Source: Eledone cirrhosa (taxonomy: Eukaryota). From it: a DNA stretch of 64,000 nucleotides. The stretch lies in NCBI GenBank assembly GCA_964016885.1, contig OZ024743.1, positions 359,848,001 through 359,912,000 of the forward strand, in the 5' to 3' direction. Below, in pieces: positions 37,385 to 51,924 of this stretch. Position numbers and translations under genes: made by a program. The notes beneath the pieces were generated by a model. That model was given only the letters and a program-made list of their open reading frames with translations. It had not been told where the DNA came from and searched no databases. Positions within the stretch are counted from its first letter, which is position 1. Each line of letters starts with the position of its first letter.

Positions 37385-40300
37385 ATTTCATTTATTGGCA
37401 ACAATGATTGGCGACATATAAAGGATAAGGCAAATACAGGGACAGTGGGGGTTTACAATGAAATCGAGTCAAAAATACATAATAACAAAGACTATTAACA
37501 ATCAAATATATAATAATATGTAGAAATATAAGAATATATAACAATATAAAATAAATTTCCCCAACAGGGGCTGAACCACCCAAGGGCAACTCAAGTACCC
37601 ACCAACCTGAACCACTCGACGCTTCGAGGGCATGCGGGAAGGGCACCCATCTCCATCTCCCTCTCAAATTAACCAGCCTACAGGCGCATGCTGAGAGTAG
37701 GCCCATTCACACGGGCCATTCTCGCCACATTCACTCACCTTTTAGCGGGGGCAGCACTTCTCTCTCCACCCTTACCTTCCTTTCCAAGTGAAACTTGAAA
37801 AGGTCGACGAGGGATTGACTGATGAGAAAAGTGTCTGTGTTCTGTCCTTTCAACCTGGTCGCCCGGGCAAATTCTTTCGCTGCAGCCACCAAGGAGAAAA
37901 TGGCATGCCCTTCCCAGTGCCTGTAGAATTTATCCCGAACCGGCAATGCCCTCCGGTAGCACTGCCGAGCGAGGGATATCTGGACGTTATCCTTAGCCAC
38001 CGACTTGAAAGTCCTCCGGAACAGACTGGTCAGTTCGACTTTGTCGTCGCACTTTAATGCCACTCTATAGAACATGAGAGTGGAAATTCCACTGACCGCA
38101 TTGCCCTTCCGGTAGAAGGCAGTGTGTACCTGGCATAATTTCAGATGCGAGGCGCCCAGTCTCGGTCATCTTTTGCTCTAGGACTGCAGGTCATACAAAG
38201 AGATGATCAGCGGAAATGCCCGTCGCACAATCGGCGAACAAACCTGTTTACCGAAGGCAGAATATCTGGAGATGCTGCAGCCTCAACACATGGCATGTCC
38301 ATCCATTCACGTAGAGAGTGCTGGCAGCAGATGGACGGCCTCAACAACGGAATCCATCCTCTCCACAAAAAGTTGAAGAGGAGCCTTTCCAGTTTGCCGG
38401 GGCGGGAACAAGGGGAAAGCACGAAGGCCAGGCGATGGTAGATAACGCACGCGATGTACTCGTTTCCGGGAATGCTTCCCCTCGGCCCACTTCTGGGTGA
38501 GAGTGGCTAACCTGATCGTAACCTCGTCCAAATTCCTTTCCACCTGGAGATCGTCTCCGAATGAAAACCCGAGCAACTTTATCTGTCCTTCCATCCAGCC
38601 CCCGAAGACGCTTTTAGATTGAATGGACTTGTATTTCCACATGCCGAGCTGCAAGCCCACCGACTTTTCATTGCTTAGTTTTGCCCCGTCAACATTTCAT
38701 ATTCCTGCAAGACGGTCCCGACCACCTCGATTTCTGAGGTGTCCGACACAATCACCGTGATGTCGTTCGCATATGTAGACGATACAGCCTTCCCGCGTTC
38801 CTGTTCGAGCGGGATGCCCTACAACAGCTCCAGCAGTGAAGGCTTTAGAGTCAATTCGTACTGAAGAGGGGAAAGAAGGCACTCTTTCCAGACCGATCGG
38901 GAGATCTCAAACGGTTTCGAAAGCTGGCCATTAACTTTGACTTTCCGAGCAGATGCTGCTGCGCATTGCAGCGATCCAGGTTCTGAAGACGAGACCGAAG
39001 CCAGCTGTCTTCAGGACAGCCTCCACCTATCAATGGTTGACCCTATCAAAAGCTTCTGATTGATCTAAATTGATTGGAGCTTCACCGAAGCCAGATTAGA
39101 CCCTACCCTCTCTATGATGTATCTCGTGAGGTGGAGTTTGTCATTTAAGGTCCTGGTTGGCATTGTGCAAATCCTCGACAAGTTCGAACCTTTTTGCTAA
39201 GACCTTGGCCAAAATCTTAAACTCTGTGTTGATCAGAATTATGGGGTCGAAATTATCTATGTGTCCCTCTTGTTCAACTTATTCCTCATTAGCGTCACTA
39301 GGGCCCGGGCTCACAGATCTGGGAATAATTCTACTGTCATTTGCAGTACAAGGGGATCGGAGAAGGAGATCTGGCGTATCTACGTAAAGGTCATAGAGCA
39401 GACCATCCAAACCTGGTGACTTGCGCCTCGTGCAGCCGACTAGAGCATCCCGAATTTCGGCCGCAGTTATCAGTATTTCAAGCGCCCAGCGAGAGAGGTT
39501 GTTGGCTTCGCGGTAGGGACTGAATCCGCCACCGTCTCTGACTGACTCAAAGCAGTTGAGCAAAACGCTGGTATAGGTTGTTGACATATCTGCCTGGAAT
39601 CGTTCAGCTGACGTCCGTCTCGGTCCGTCAAAGACTGAATTGTAGTTTTGTTACCACGCTGCGCCACTGCCTCGCAGGCCCATCGAACAACTTTGATTCC
39701 CTCGTTTCTTAGAGTACGCGCCTTATCTCTGACAATGCAATCTTCGTGTTTCACATTGAAGAAATGGTCTAATGCAATTCTCACCGCGAGTACGCCAGTT
39801 GCAATGCTCCTACGTCTAATTTATTTACCAGCTCCCATTTCTTTCTATTTTTCTTAAATGATACTTCTTTGCTAAATCTATTCAAATTACTCTACTCTCT
39901 TTTGAGAACCTCCCACTACATGTCGTTGATGACTCCCTTCTGTCAACCTTTGCTTAACTAAATTGTTGACACGGTTCCTATAAGCCTTACATGTTTAGCT
40001 TCCGGTAACAACGTCCTAATATGCATGTCTTATCTAGATCGACCAAACAGAACACAAACTTGTGATCTGAATAGGTGACTGTTTGAAAGTGTGGACAATA
40101 TATATTATTCTTAACTATTGAACTAATGAAAAACCTATCTATATACAATCTAGATAACCCTATGCGGTTGGTCCAGGTTCACACTGGCGCATTAGGGAAA
40201 GCTAGTCGGTATCTGTCAGACAATTGGAACTGGCTGATCAGGTTCTAGTGTCTTTTGCACCCCACCTCCAATCAGCTATTGTCATATAATCTCAGCGTGC

Positions 40301-42658
40301 GTCTAAGATACCGTTCCAGTACCCCGCTATCAGGAAAGTGAGAGACGTTCCCAGAAAAGCTTACAGGCACCTAAAGAAGTCCGGCTGCTGCTATTGTTCA
40401 CATCCAGGACTACCAACGAAATGGTACGGGCCCCCTTATATTGACATTACCTCGAGATTGAGACCTTTCCTAAACAGCACTGCCACCCACCTCCTATTCC
40501 GGGCAGACAGAGAGAGGCGAAGATCTGACAGTCGTCGAAAATGGTGTCAGCGCGAGCGTGTCGAAAATCCTGGTCTCGCTGATGGCAATCACATCTATAT
40601 CTAGCAACCTGATGTCGCTGAGCAGGGGACCCTTCTTCCAGGATGAGACCAGGCCACGAATATTTAAACATCCACCTCTTAGGATTGTCGTGTTGGGAGG
40701 CTAAATGAAAGAGAGGAAAGGTTTACTTGCCTCCCGGGGACTTGTGGAGGTCGGTTGGTCCATGGTTGGCGTGGTTTCTTTTGTGAACCCCTTTAATAGT
40801 CTTGAAGCCTGAGGAAAGCTCTCTCTAATCCCTTTATAGGAGTCGAGCGACATTCGTACAAGTAGTAAATTATCTAGCACTTGAAATGTGCTCGTTCCAA
40901 AAATCTCTTCCTCTTTTTCTATTTCCTGCCTTCGTGCTACCAGTGCTATCAAATCCTTGTTGGTCGTTTTACCAACACGAATTTGTATGTCCTGTTTTGT
41001 TCTCATATTTGTAGTGATGGTAGTGCTAGTGTTGGTGTTGGTGTTGTGGAGGTTTTTGTTGTGTGTGTGGTGTCTGCATTTTCTGTTGTGGGTGTGTGTG
41101 TGATGTGTGGAGTTCTTTTTCTGTCTATCATTTTTGTTTTTTGGCTTTAGGCTTGCCTAATCTTCGCTACTGGAATGCGAGATGTGTGTGCCTATGTGTG
41201 TGTTTGTGTTTGTGCTAATGTTTGTATTTTAGTGAGGAGAAAATGGGAGAGTTTTCCTCGTTTTTTCCCCTGGGTCTCCAGATTTGGTGGTGGCATTTCC
41301 GCTGGTGTTTCTGCTGGTGGTGTTGCTGGTGTTGGTGTGGCTTCCCGCCTCGGGTCGGCAGCAGTGGGGGGCTTAAGACCCCTTGCATTTTTCAGTTGAG
41401 GGCAGAAGGCTCGCAAATGCATTGTTTCTGCTCAGATGAAACAGTGCGGCCATTTGCTCTCGGGCATTACAGGCAGACTCTCCCGTTTTGGAGACGGAGG
41501 TGGTCTGGGATTTTTCTCGGGTGTTCAGGCCTAATCTTGAAAAGTATCTCTATGTCAATACCGGACCAGTCCGCCCTGGCTGTTCTCGTCACCGCGATCG
41601 GAACAGTATTTGTCTCCACCACAATGACGCATTCCATTAGCCACCACATAACTAGTCTTGTGGTAATCCCGGGAATGCGGACTCTTTCCGTTACTTTTAC
41701 CATGTAGGAGGGTTACAAAATGGCCTTGCTGATTTTGCAAGGAGCCACGGAGTGTTTCAATGCGAGGGTTTCAGACATAAACAGCACTGACAGGATTTCG
41801 TAATTTCTGCCGCTACCTGTATAATCAGTGTCATCGCTGATGCCGCTCTGCGCAGCTTCAATTTCTGCTTGTGGTATTATTGCCGCTTTTTGTCTGCACT
41901 GAAATGTATCTAAAGTTCACCGTTCTCCTCTCCATGGCTTCTATAGCTTCAGCCGAGACAGTTATGTTGGCTCAGGTTTGCTCTTGTTTAATAAGCTTCT
42001 AAGCCTGAGCCAACTTTTTCTGCATTTCACTGAGGTCCATGGTGAAGAATGGCCTCTTTTTGGCTGCTGCAACAGCGAAAGTGTTCTTGTCCGTGTTGCT
42101 GTTACCGGTTCTGTTGGTGGTCACATTGTTGTTGGTGATGTTGTTGTTGGTGTTGTCGTTGTTGTTGTTGTTGTTGTTTGTGGTGGTGTTTTGTAACTGT
42201 TGCAGTTGGTGTTGTTTTTAATTACGTTTTTGCTCTTGGAGTTGTAGTTGCTTTCTTTACTTTTTTCATTGTTGCTGTTGTTGTTATCGTTATTCATGTT
42301 GTTTGTGGTGGTGTTGCTAAATACGTTGTTGTATGTTGTGTTGTAATCACTTTTTGTTGGTCCATATTTGTGCTTGTTATTGTGTCGCTCCTCTCAACTT
42401 TTAAGTTGCTATCACAAGATGATAGACTTAGTGTTGGGGTGGGGCTGGGGCGTGTCTCATTTTAAATACGCAAAAAATATATATAGTTCAAATATTTGGG
42501 CCAAAATGCCAAAATATTACGAAATCTCCCCTTCACAGGGCACGGAGGGAAGTCTTACAACCCCTTTTCAAAAAGTACATAATTAATTAGAACGAAACAT
42601 TTTGAAAATGTACTACCATGTGAAGCTCACAATAACATGTCTTCACACTCTGACAGCC
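37385..42658 (-). mobile_element. Second, divergent full-length Tx1-type LINE, heavily decayed
   Basis: Collinear homology to 21775-27573 in the 3' UTR, ORF2 (ARQCYRRALPVRDK, KSPGLDGL) and ORF1 (HLRAFCPQ, ADWSGIDIEIL). 5' end abuts (AAT)n. Confidence 0.85.
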
Positions 42659-42672
42659 AATAATAATAATAA

Positions 42673-42888
42673 TGGTTTCTGATTTAAGCATAAGACCAGC
42701 ATTATGGAGTGAGGGGATATTCGATTAAATCGACCCCTGCACGTGACTGGTACTTTATCTTATCGACCCAGTTAGGATGAAAGACAAAAATAACCTCGGT
42801 GGGATGTGAACTCAGAATGTAAAGGGCTGTAACTCAATGCCGCAAAGAATGTTGTCCAAAGCCCTATCGATACTGCCAAACCACAGCC
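42673..42888 (-). mobile_element. tRNA-derived SINE, divergent subfamily
   Basis: A/B-box head and TCGACCC/GGTACTTTAT body with a longer 3' segment; (AAT)n tail. Confidence 0.8.
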
Positions 42889-42899
42889 ATAATAGTATT

Positions 42900-44018
42900 T
42901 GCTAGGGCAAATGTTGCAGCTGACTTGTCGAGAATTAAAAACGAAAAGAGACTAACAGGCAGCCATGGTAGAAGAGAATGATTCAGGACAGCGTTACAAA
43001 ATTGGAGAATGAAAATATGGAAGGTTACAGAACGAATGGAAAAAAGGAGTAGTGGTTAGAAAAGTGAATCAACGAATAAAGGCAAATAATGTAACACTAA
43101 AATAAATGAAAAGAAAGAAGTAACCGATAAGTGCAGAATAGATTCTTTCATATCAATTACAAAAGATTGTTTGATAAACTGGAGAGAATGGAAAGGAACA
43201 ATGGTGCAGAAGAAAGCATTGCTTTTTGGAATGACATTTGGAGCAAATCCGTTCAACACAAATGATACAGCAGATTGGATGACGAAGTTTGGGAAACAGG
43301 TAATAGGTATATAGAATCAAGAAAACATCAAAATAACAAAAGATATAATGAAAACCCAGTTGCAAAAGATGCCAAAATGGAAAGCAAGTGAACCAGATCA
43401 TTTAAATGGATACTGGTTAAAAAAAACATCAGCAACCTACATGTGGTAATAACTACATAGTAAGATGAGATCTTAAGTTCTGGAGAAACACCAGAATGAC
43501 AATATGACGCACATGTTTGATATTGAAAGATGAAAGTAAGTGTAGCAAAGTTTCGAATTTCACAGCAATTGCACGCCTTCCTTTGACGTGGAAACTTCTA
43601 ACAGGAATATTAGCTGCGGAAATGAATGTACACTTGTAGAGAGAAAGTCTGCTTTCTGAGACCAAAAGTGGTGATGGTAATGATTGATAAAAAGGTATTG
43701 AAAAACTGCAAAAAGAGGCTCAAAATCTGTCCCTTGCTTGGATTGACTACAACGAGGCATTCGGCATGGTGCCAAATTATTGGATTCTTCACCGCTTGAA
43801 AATGTGTAATATATCAGACATCAAGATCCTTATGAAGAAATCAATGGCTAAATGGAAAGTAGAATTGATATCAGCTGGAGAAAGTTTAGGTGAAGTGAAT
43901 ATATTTTGTGTTTTTGTTGTAATGTTACCACTGTCAGTTGTTATTAAAAGCACGCCAGTTGGATAGAGACTAGGAAAAGATAGGAGCGATATCAATCATT
44001 TATTGTTTATGGATGATT
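42900..44018 (+). mobile_element. Highly decayed R4/Dong-type fragment
   Basis: MPKWKASEPDHLNGYW, LPLTWKLLTGIL, WIDYNEAFGMVPNYWI, INHLLFMDD. Confidence 0.75.
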
Positions 44019-44140
44019 AGAAGAAGAAGAAGAAGAAGAAGAAGAAGAAGAAGAAGAAGAAGAAGAAGAAGAAGAAGAAGAAGAAGAAGAAGAAGAAGAA
44101 GAAGAAGAAGAAGAAGAAGAAGAAGAAGAAGAAGAAGAAG
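44019..44140. repeat. (AAG)n microsatellite, ~40 units
   Basis: Directly visible. Confidence 0.97.
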
Positions 44141-44750
44141 ATATTTACCCCAGTGTGTAAATTAACGCGTTCAGATTCAATGTTGTATGCTGTTACTCGA
44201 TCTGCCAGAAAAGCAACTAAATATTCAAATCAAAATACAGTCTCAAGAAACAGAAACACACATGCATTGCTTGATGTATACACACATGAAATAATGATCG
44301 CTGCAATTGATTTGATCATATTCAACCTGAGTTTAAATAAAAACAACCACAAAAACAACTACAGCAGCAACAAAGACAAAAGCAACAATATTATTAAGTG
44401 GGTGCATTAATTTTAATAAGATATATGTGGAAGTTAAATGCAATGACAGCCATAAGGGGGTCACATTTAAAAAAAGAAATCTAAAATAGAATCCTGTTTC
44501 GTTCAGTAACGAAACAAGTGATAAGAGATAATGTATGATAACAAAAGAATATGTCGAACAATGTATCAGGTGAAAGATGTATCCAGGAATACAAAGGTGA
44601 GCGTGCCATGCTTCAAGGCAATGGAAAAGCGTGAAAAAGTGTGAATAGATATGATATGTAATAAAGAGAAGATATAAAGGAAATCATATTTTAATTGTCA
44701 TTCTATTCCTAATCGCCATTTTTCGTGTTCATAATCATCATTATTATATG

Positions 44751-44930
44751 ATGGATTGGCAGTATCGGTAGAGGGTCGGACGCCATGCTTTGACGCATTG
44801 AGTTCGGCCCTTGCCATTCTGAGTTCAAATCCCGCCGAGGTTAACTTAGCCTTACGGGGTCGATAAAATAAAGTACCAGTAATGCACTGGATAATTGCTG
44901 GCCTTGTGCCAAAAGTAGAAACAATTATTA
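44751..44930 (+). mobile_element. tRNA-derived SINE
   Basis: TGGCAGTATCGGTAG A box, GAGTTCAAATCCC B box, ATTATTAT tail. Confidence 0.9.
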
Positions 44931-45559
44931 TAGGATTGAGTATACTCGAATGTTGGATTATAGGTGAGGATTTAAACTTTAGTGACGCAAAAAGTATATT
45001 TAGGAGTTGCAGCGTATTATTTGAACGCTATAACGAAACCACAACTATGGTCGCCAGCATTATGGATATAAGTTATAATACGTCTAATGAGGTGGTAATC
45101 CTTGCCATTAGCTTCTGGAATGTCTCTCCTGCGAGTGTCACTGTTGATATATGGATATCTGTTTTGCTACTTCCCATAGCTTCACCTGTAACACAAGCCT
45201 CGGATGCTATGGGGTGCTATTTTTGCCAAAGAGCAGCCTGTTTGGTCCCGCACGGCCTATTTCTATACGCACCATTGGCCTCCTATATCTAGAGGTAAGA
45301 AATAATCAGAAAATTAAATTTAAAATATTTCTAGTATAGTCAAAGTTGTTATAGACATGTAATTCAAACAATGAACTCTATCAGGAACAAGGAAGGCTAA
45401 ATGGTCATTTGGTTACGTAGACCTCGGATTCTTCTATCCTCTACCCGCCTGGCTTCCCGCTAAGATAAATATTCAACTTGTTCAACTAAACCAATCAATC
45501 AACCAATCAATACAGCAGCAGCAGCAGTAGTATAGGTAGTATTTATAGCCTAAAATTAC

Positions 45560-45890
45560 CTCTTCCTACCTAACAACCACAAGGATATGGTCCGAACGTG
45601 GAAGAGCCGAACTCCCACTGTCATCGCCTCAATCTCTCTCGCCCTCCCCATCTCTCCGTATGGTGAGCAAATAGGGTCCCACGTGCTGGCCTCCCCACAA
45701 ACTGGTGGACAGAATGGAGAAGGCGTTTCCCCGGAGGATGGTAAGGGAGATGCGCTGGAAGAGCCATTCCAACTCGCGAGGCTCACACCTGCGGCTGGCC
45801 AGCTCAGTGCCTATGATGGTGAGTAGGGAGGTAGCCCTGGGGCCAAGGACACCAGAAGTCTCCACCTCCAAGGGCATGGCCGCGAACCTG
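45560..45890 (-). mobile_element. 3' fragment of a CRE-like RLE non-LTR element
   Basis: FAAMPLEVETSGVLGPRA..LFQRISLTILRGNAFSIL matches the C-terminal P..E..G..G / QRIS...RGNA signature of CRE-type RLE domains. Confidence 0.65.
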
Positions 45891-46199
45891 TAAGATAAAT
45901 AGATAACGATTTATAGTATAGGCGCAATACTCTATATCGTGTTTGAAGGTAGGGCTATAGTCGATTATATCAACTCCAACACATTACTAGTACTTATGTA
46001 ATTTATACATATATAATGGTAAAGGCAAACGTAACGAAAACGGATTTCAAATCCAGAAGATAAAGAAACAAAATTAATGCAAATGATATAGGCTCTGTTA
46101 ACTACAGTATCACACAATTCCCAGCAGACAATGATAATGATTTCTAACCAGGGTATGCACCATAAATTTAAGTTGGGGTTGTGATGGAGGTGGCGTTGT

Positions 46200-47770
46200 G
46201 TCATATGTACTTTTATTTGTGGCGGGTGTGTTCTGTGCGTTAGTGTCTGGCAGGTCGTGTTGTCTGACTTTTTGTATGTGTATTCCTATTCATTTTCTAG
46301 GTTTGTCTGTTTCCTCATTTTCTTTAGTGGTAGAAGAGGTGGTGCATGTGTCTTATAATGAAGGGAATGCAAGGATGTTTGTGACTGTATGTGTGTGTGT
46401 TTAAAGCGGAGAGAGAGTAAAAGCGCTGTCTTTACAGAGACCCTGTGTGGTTTGTTGGAGTTTGATGTAGTTGGTTTTGGTGTTTCAGTTACTGCTGTTG
46501 GTGATGTTGTTGGTCTTGGTGCTGTCATTGATGCTGCTGCTGCTGCAGATGCTGTTACTGTTTTTTTTTATGTTGTTCTTGATGTTCTGGTGTCAGTAAC
46601 AAAGTAACACTGTAGTTTCCTGTCTTTTGTTTAGAGCAAAATGTTTTTAAATGTCCATTTCCCCGCGCAAAAATGACAGCTGGTATTTTTACCCTCAACT
46701 CTGATCCTTAACTCAATGCCGTCCGGAAGGCAAACTATGACTAGGATCTTTTAGGACTTCTCAGATCCACTATATATATATTTCTGGCTGGATCTCAGAT
46801 ATGCGGATTTTGATTGCTCTTTTTCTCATGTCAGAAGGAAACAAAATAAATTGGTCAGTTTTACAGGGAACTCAGGGTACTTTTCAGCAAGGATATCGCT
46901 ATTGAAGAGCACCGAGATGTTCCCATCCTGCTTGGCCCTTTCTCCGTTTTGAATATCTGGCATTATTCCCTTCAGCGCTGTTTCCATCTAGGAAGGTGGC
47001 GCCAGCTCCAGCTTTTTGGACTTAATGCCAATACATCTGTAAGTCAAGATTTGTTCTCCTTTGCTGCGAACACCCCAGGCGCAACATTTATGTTGGCCCA
47101 GGTTTTATCCATTTTTACTAGTTTGGCTGCCTGAGCCAAACATCATCCTTTCTTAGTGATGTCCATATTAAAAAGTTCGGTTATTTTGGCAACCGTAGCT
47201 GCAAATGTAATTTTGTTATTGTAGATTTGTCCTTGTTGTTGCTGTTGTAGATTTGTCCTTGTTGCTGCTGTTGTTGTTGTTGCTACTATAATTGTTTCTG
47301 TTGCCATTACTGTTGTGATTTTCCTGTCATCGTCGTTGTTCAAGTTGTTGTGGTTGTTGTGATTGTTGTTGCTGCAGCTGTTTTTATTATCGTTGCCGTT
47401 GTTGCTGTTGTTAATTTTGTTCTTGGCGATGGCGGCATTGTTGTCTGTAGTAGTGATAGTGATAAACAGTGGTGACGCAGGTAGTGGGGGAGGTGATGAC
47501 GTTACTGTTGACCTTTGAGTCACTCTCACGTGGCAGCTCACTCAAAGTGGAGAGACATATCTCATCCATTTTTTTGTAAAGCTTGTAGGCGGGGAAAATA
47601 AAATAAAATTCAAATATTTAGAACTTTGGCAAAAAATATTATGAGATCACCTTTCCGAGAACTGCATATGATACATTGTTAGCAGTTTGTAGCCAAAATA
47701 CGTCAAATAATCACACCACAAACAAACAAAACTTACGGATCGATGTGTGTACGCGTCTTCATAGACTCAA
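46200..47770 (-). mobile_element. Tx1-type 5' UTR/ORF1 relic
   Basis: Thr/Asn-rich N-terminus with ITFAATVAK (cf. LSFARVAK), same organisation as ORF1 of the two other Tx1 elements. Confidence 0.55.
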
Positions 47771-47782
47771 AAACAAAGATAA

Positions 47783-48267
47783 TCTAAACTATAATAAAGT
47801 AAGAAGCGTGGCATTGCGTACGCTTTATAATTTTTTATCCCTTTCGTAAAATAAGTTGGATTACTTTGAATAAATAATGAATGAATATTACATAATTTAT
47901 CTACTAAATTTGGTGGCTGTTCATTAAATATATTTTCTTATTTATTTAAAGATTCACTGCTTTAAAATTTTCAAATGTAAACACTTGCGGTGGCGATCGC
48001 TTAAGTAAATATTCATATATTTCCGTCACTAAGTTTCTCCTAATGCAGTTTATATATGATATCGTCTTTTTTTTTAATGTATCATGGATTACATTACTGA
48101 TTACATAAGACAATGTAACACAGTCTTCGTTCAATTTCTGTGTATATTGTCAATTACGATTTTATTTGATTTATCCTATCTACATGCATATACACTTGCG
48201 TAAAATATCAATATACACACCAAACATACTAGCAAAAAACCACCCGAAGGGTGTTTTTTTCTGCTAG
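47783..48267 (+). mobile_element. Non-autonomous Helitron
   Basis: A^TCTAAACTATAATAAAG 5' end; 3' hairpin CACCC-GAA-GGGTG then CTAG^T. Confidence 0.65.
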
Positions 48268-48282
48268 TAATAATAATAATAA

Positions 48283-48521
<239 letters not shown>

Positions 48522-50167
48522 TTGAAGTCTTTCTTCCCCCTCTTGACATATTGAGAATATGAAACTCTACTTCATATATACACTTCATGTAAAATGCTCC
48601 ACTTGGCCATTTTAACATCCACCCTTTGTTAACACACATAATTATCGTATATTGTCTTTCCTTTTTAATATCTCTATATACATCACAATTTTAATGTAGT
48701 AATCTTGTTATGTGAATATGATTTGCTGACGAGATATAAGATCGAAATATGTATATTGTATTCAACAGTTTGGCATACAGACAAGCTCCACTTCCATTAC
48801 ATTGTGTAAAAATAATCACAAACAATTTCAAACAGATCTCACTGTAAAAGAGATTTCTGTGTCTCATGCCTATCAGGATTTGAACAGCGAAAAATGAGTT
48901 CTTGAAATTGTGTGGAACGTCTCAGTAGATTCGCCATATTTAGAATGCCATATTATACTTGCATATATGTATAATTCGTGCAAAGCAACATTTCGCTCTC
49001 TGTGTTTCCCACTCTCGCCTTCCCCATCTTTCGTTTCCATCTTACCCGTATCTTCCTCGCCTGTCTACGTATTCTTATCGTTTCCCGCTTTGTCCAATCT
49101 TCCTTTGACCTTTGCGAGCATCACTTGAAGAAAAAGGAAAAAGTGGGAAAAATGCTGCTCTCCGGTATATTTACAGAAACTTGGGTGAAACTGTTATAAA
49201 ATATGTACTAAACAAGAACTGGAGTTGATATAATTGACTTATTAATAATATTATTAATATTAATATTATTAAATGGTAACAGCAGTAGCAACAACAATGA
49301 TAATGTATAATATTCACAATAATATTGCTTTGTTTATTTTGATAATTTGAAAAAATTGTTTATAATAGAAATAAACAGAAATATAATAAGTACAAACATA
49401 ATACGGTAGTGTTTGGTTTTTTCCATTTAATCCATAACAAAGACATACAATAGAGTTTCTAATTAAACCAATTGCACTGTAAATAACTTTGCAGAATAAA
49501 ACATAGTCACGGCTATTGAGAATCTCGCTTCCAACATTCTAATTATGACAATAAAATAAAACAAACTTACAATAAAATTTCTGTATCTCCATAAATGCAA
49601 AATAAAGAAACAAGCTACAAATATAATTGGTAAACACAATAAATAGAAAAGTATATCTAAAAAAGTCTTTAAAAATGTTCGAGTGCATATCATAAATAAG
49701 TATCGAAAGGGAAAAAAAGAAACGAAGACAAATTAAACCCTTCGAACAAATCGGATCTTCGATGCAGATGAAGCGTAGAGATATAAACACTTTTTATATA
49801 CTCAGAAAAGTTTCGTTACATGATACAGTACAGTAAATAATGTAATGCTATTGTATTATTGACGTGGGAACGTATCCTATGCATCCGATCGTGTTTATAT
49901 AGGTTGTTGGTTGGTCATGGGATTAAGATATGTATATATGCATATCTGTCTGTCTGTCTGTCTCTCTTTCTCACACTCTCTATCTATCTATCTATTTATC
50001 TATCTATATATCTATCTATCTACCTATCTATCTATCTAATCTATCGCTCCCTCTCTCTCACTCTCCCTATATATATATATATATGTGTGTGTGTGTAATG
50101 GTAGCTATGCTGCTTCCATAGGCGGTATGCGAGTTGAGCACTCTATGTTCTTACAGAGCAGAGTGTG

Positions 50168-50576
50168 ATATAATATAAAACGAAAAATCAGTTATGCATC
50201 GGGACTAAATGTATTGTGTATTACAATTGTTTCGCCGGCAGACAGCTCGAGACACGATCATTGTATGGATCTGTCTGATTCTAGAACTGCAGGTTCGTCG
50301 ACACTTCCAATAATTTCGGAACACATTTTCCAACTGGGGTTTTAGCTTCAAAAAACATCTTCCTTGCTTGTCCTGCTGTTGGCTGTTCTTTTTCTACGTC
50401 ATCATACATTCTGGCCAATAATTGCTGCCAAACTGTTCATCAGCTACTCCTCGTCCGACACACTTCAATGAATTCATGCCGGCTTTGGCATTTCACAAGT
50501 CACTCACACACACATATACACAGACATACACACAGACATATATACATATATACATACACATATACACACACACGCG

Positions 50577-50629
<53 letters not shown>

Positions 50630-50943
50630 GCACACACGTACATATACACACCCATATACATATACACACACACTCTCTCATACACACACACACACGACCA
50701 CGACCATATAACTAACAAGATGCGCGTCCACAGGCGCCTACCTACATTTCCTCGTTCATTACCTCTCCCACGCACACGCGCGCACACACACGCACACGCA
50801 TACAAGGACACACACATGCGTACGCGAACATCTACTCATATACACAAATACGTACAGACATATACATAGACACGCACACACACATACATACGCCTGTCCA
50901 TACAAAGATGCACAAAGACAGACACGCTTCCAAACACACACAT

Positions 50944-50976
<33 letters not shown>

Positions 50977-51394
50977 CATATGTTTATATGTACGCACACA
51001 TAAACGTACTCACTATCAATCCCTTAGCCTGTTTTAGGTGCACGTACACACACACACACACACACATACCTACGCACACTAGCTCATATACATTCAAACA
51101 AATACGCGCCCAAATACCTCCGTGCCCACGTACATCCACAAAGATACATACACTTACACTTATATCTCTGTTCGTACTCAAATGTGATTTACTCACAGTC
51201 ATATAAATCTGCACAAAAGGTCATACAGGGTCATCCATGAAAGGATGCATCCTGTTATTCATGCACGAGTATAAACAATGTAACCAAATACATACATCCA
51301 TACACATACATGCAAGCCTGCATACACAGATATAATAAATAAATAAATAAATAAATAAGTAAATAGAAAAAAAAAAATATATGAAAGTATATAC

Positions 51395-51451
<57 letters not shown>

Positions 51452-51842
51452 TACATATACATATACACACACATATACACACACCCACACACACACATAT
51501 ATATATATTTACGCACATACACACCACATATATGTATATGTGTACATACACACACATACATACACATCAAAAGAAAAACAACAATATACCAAAATATACG
51601 TATAACGTCATACATAATAAACTAAATATACAATATACAATAAAATAATTATACAATATACAGTAAAATAAATACATAAAAAATAAATATACAATACCTC
51701 CATACACATTCGCGTAAGCTATACATATACACATATATATACACACACACATATATATACATACACATATATATATATATATATATACATATTCATATAT
51801 ATATATATACACAGATATATATCTCTACACACACACATATAT

Positions 51843-51924
<82 letters not shown>

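Noticed and set aside
44882-45292. 136 aa plus-strand ORF
   Set aside because: Starts inside a SINE and has no recognisable motif in either orientation.
48235-48260. Rho-independent terminator-like hairpin with T-run
   Set aside because: Eukaryotic DNA; better explained as a Helitron 3' hairpin.
48721-48760. CTGACGA-GAT-ATAAG-ATC-GAAA hammerhead-like core
   Set aside because: Core and stem II fit but stem I pairing is poor; possibly a decayed pLTR motif, not supportable as a feature.
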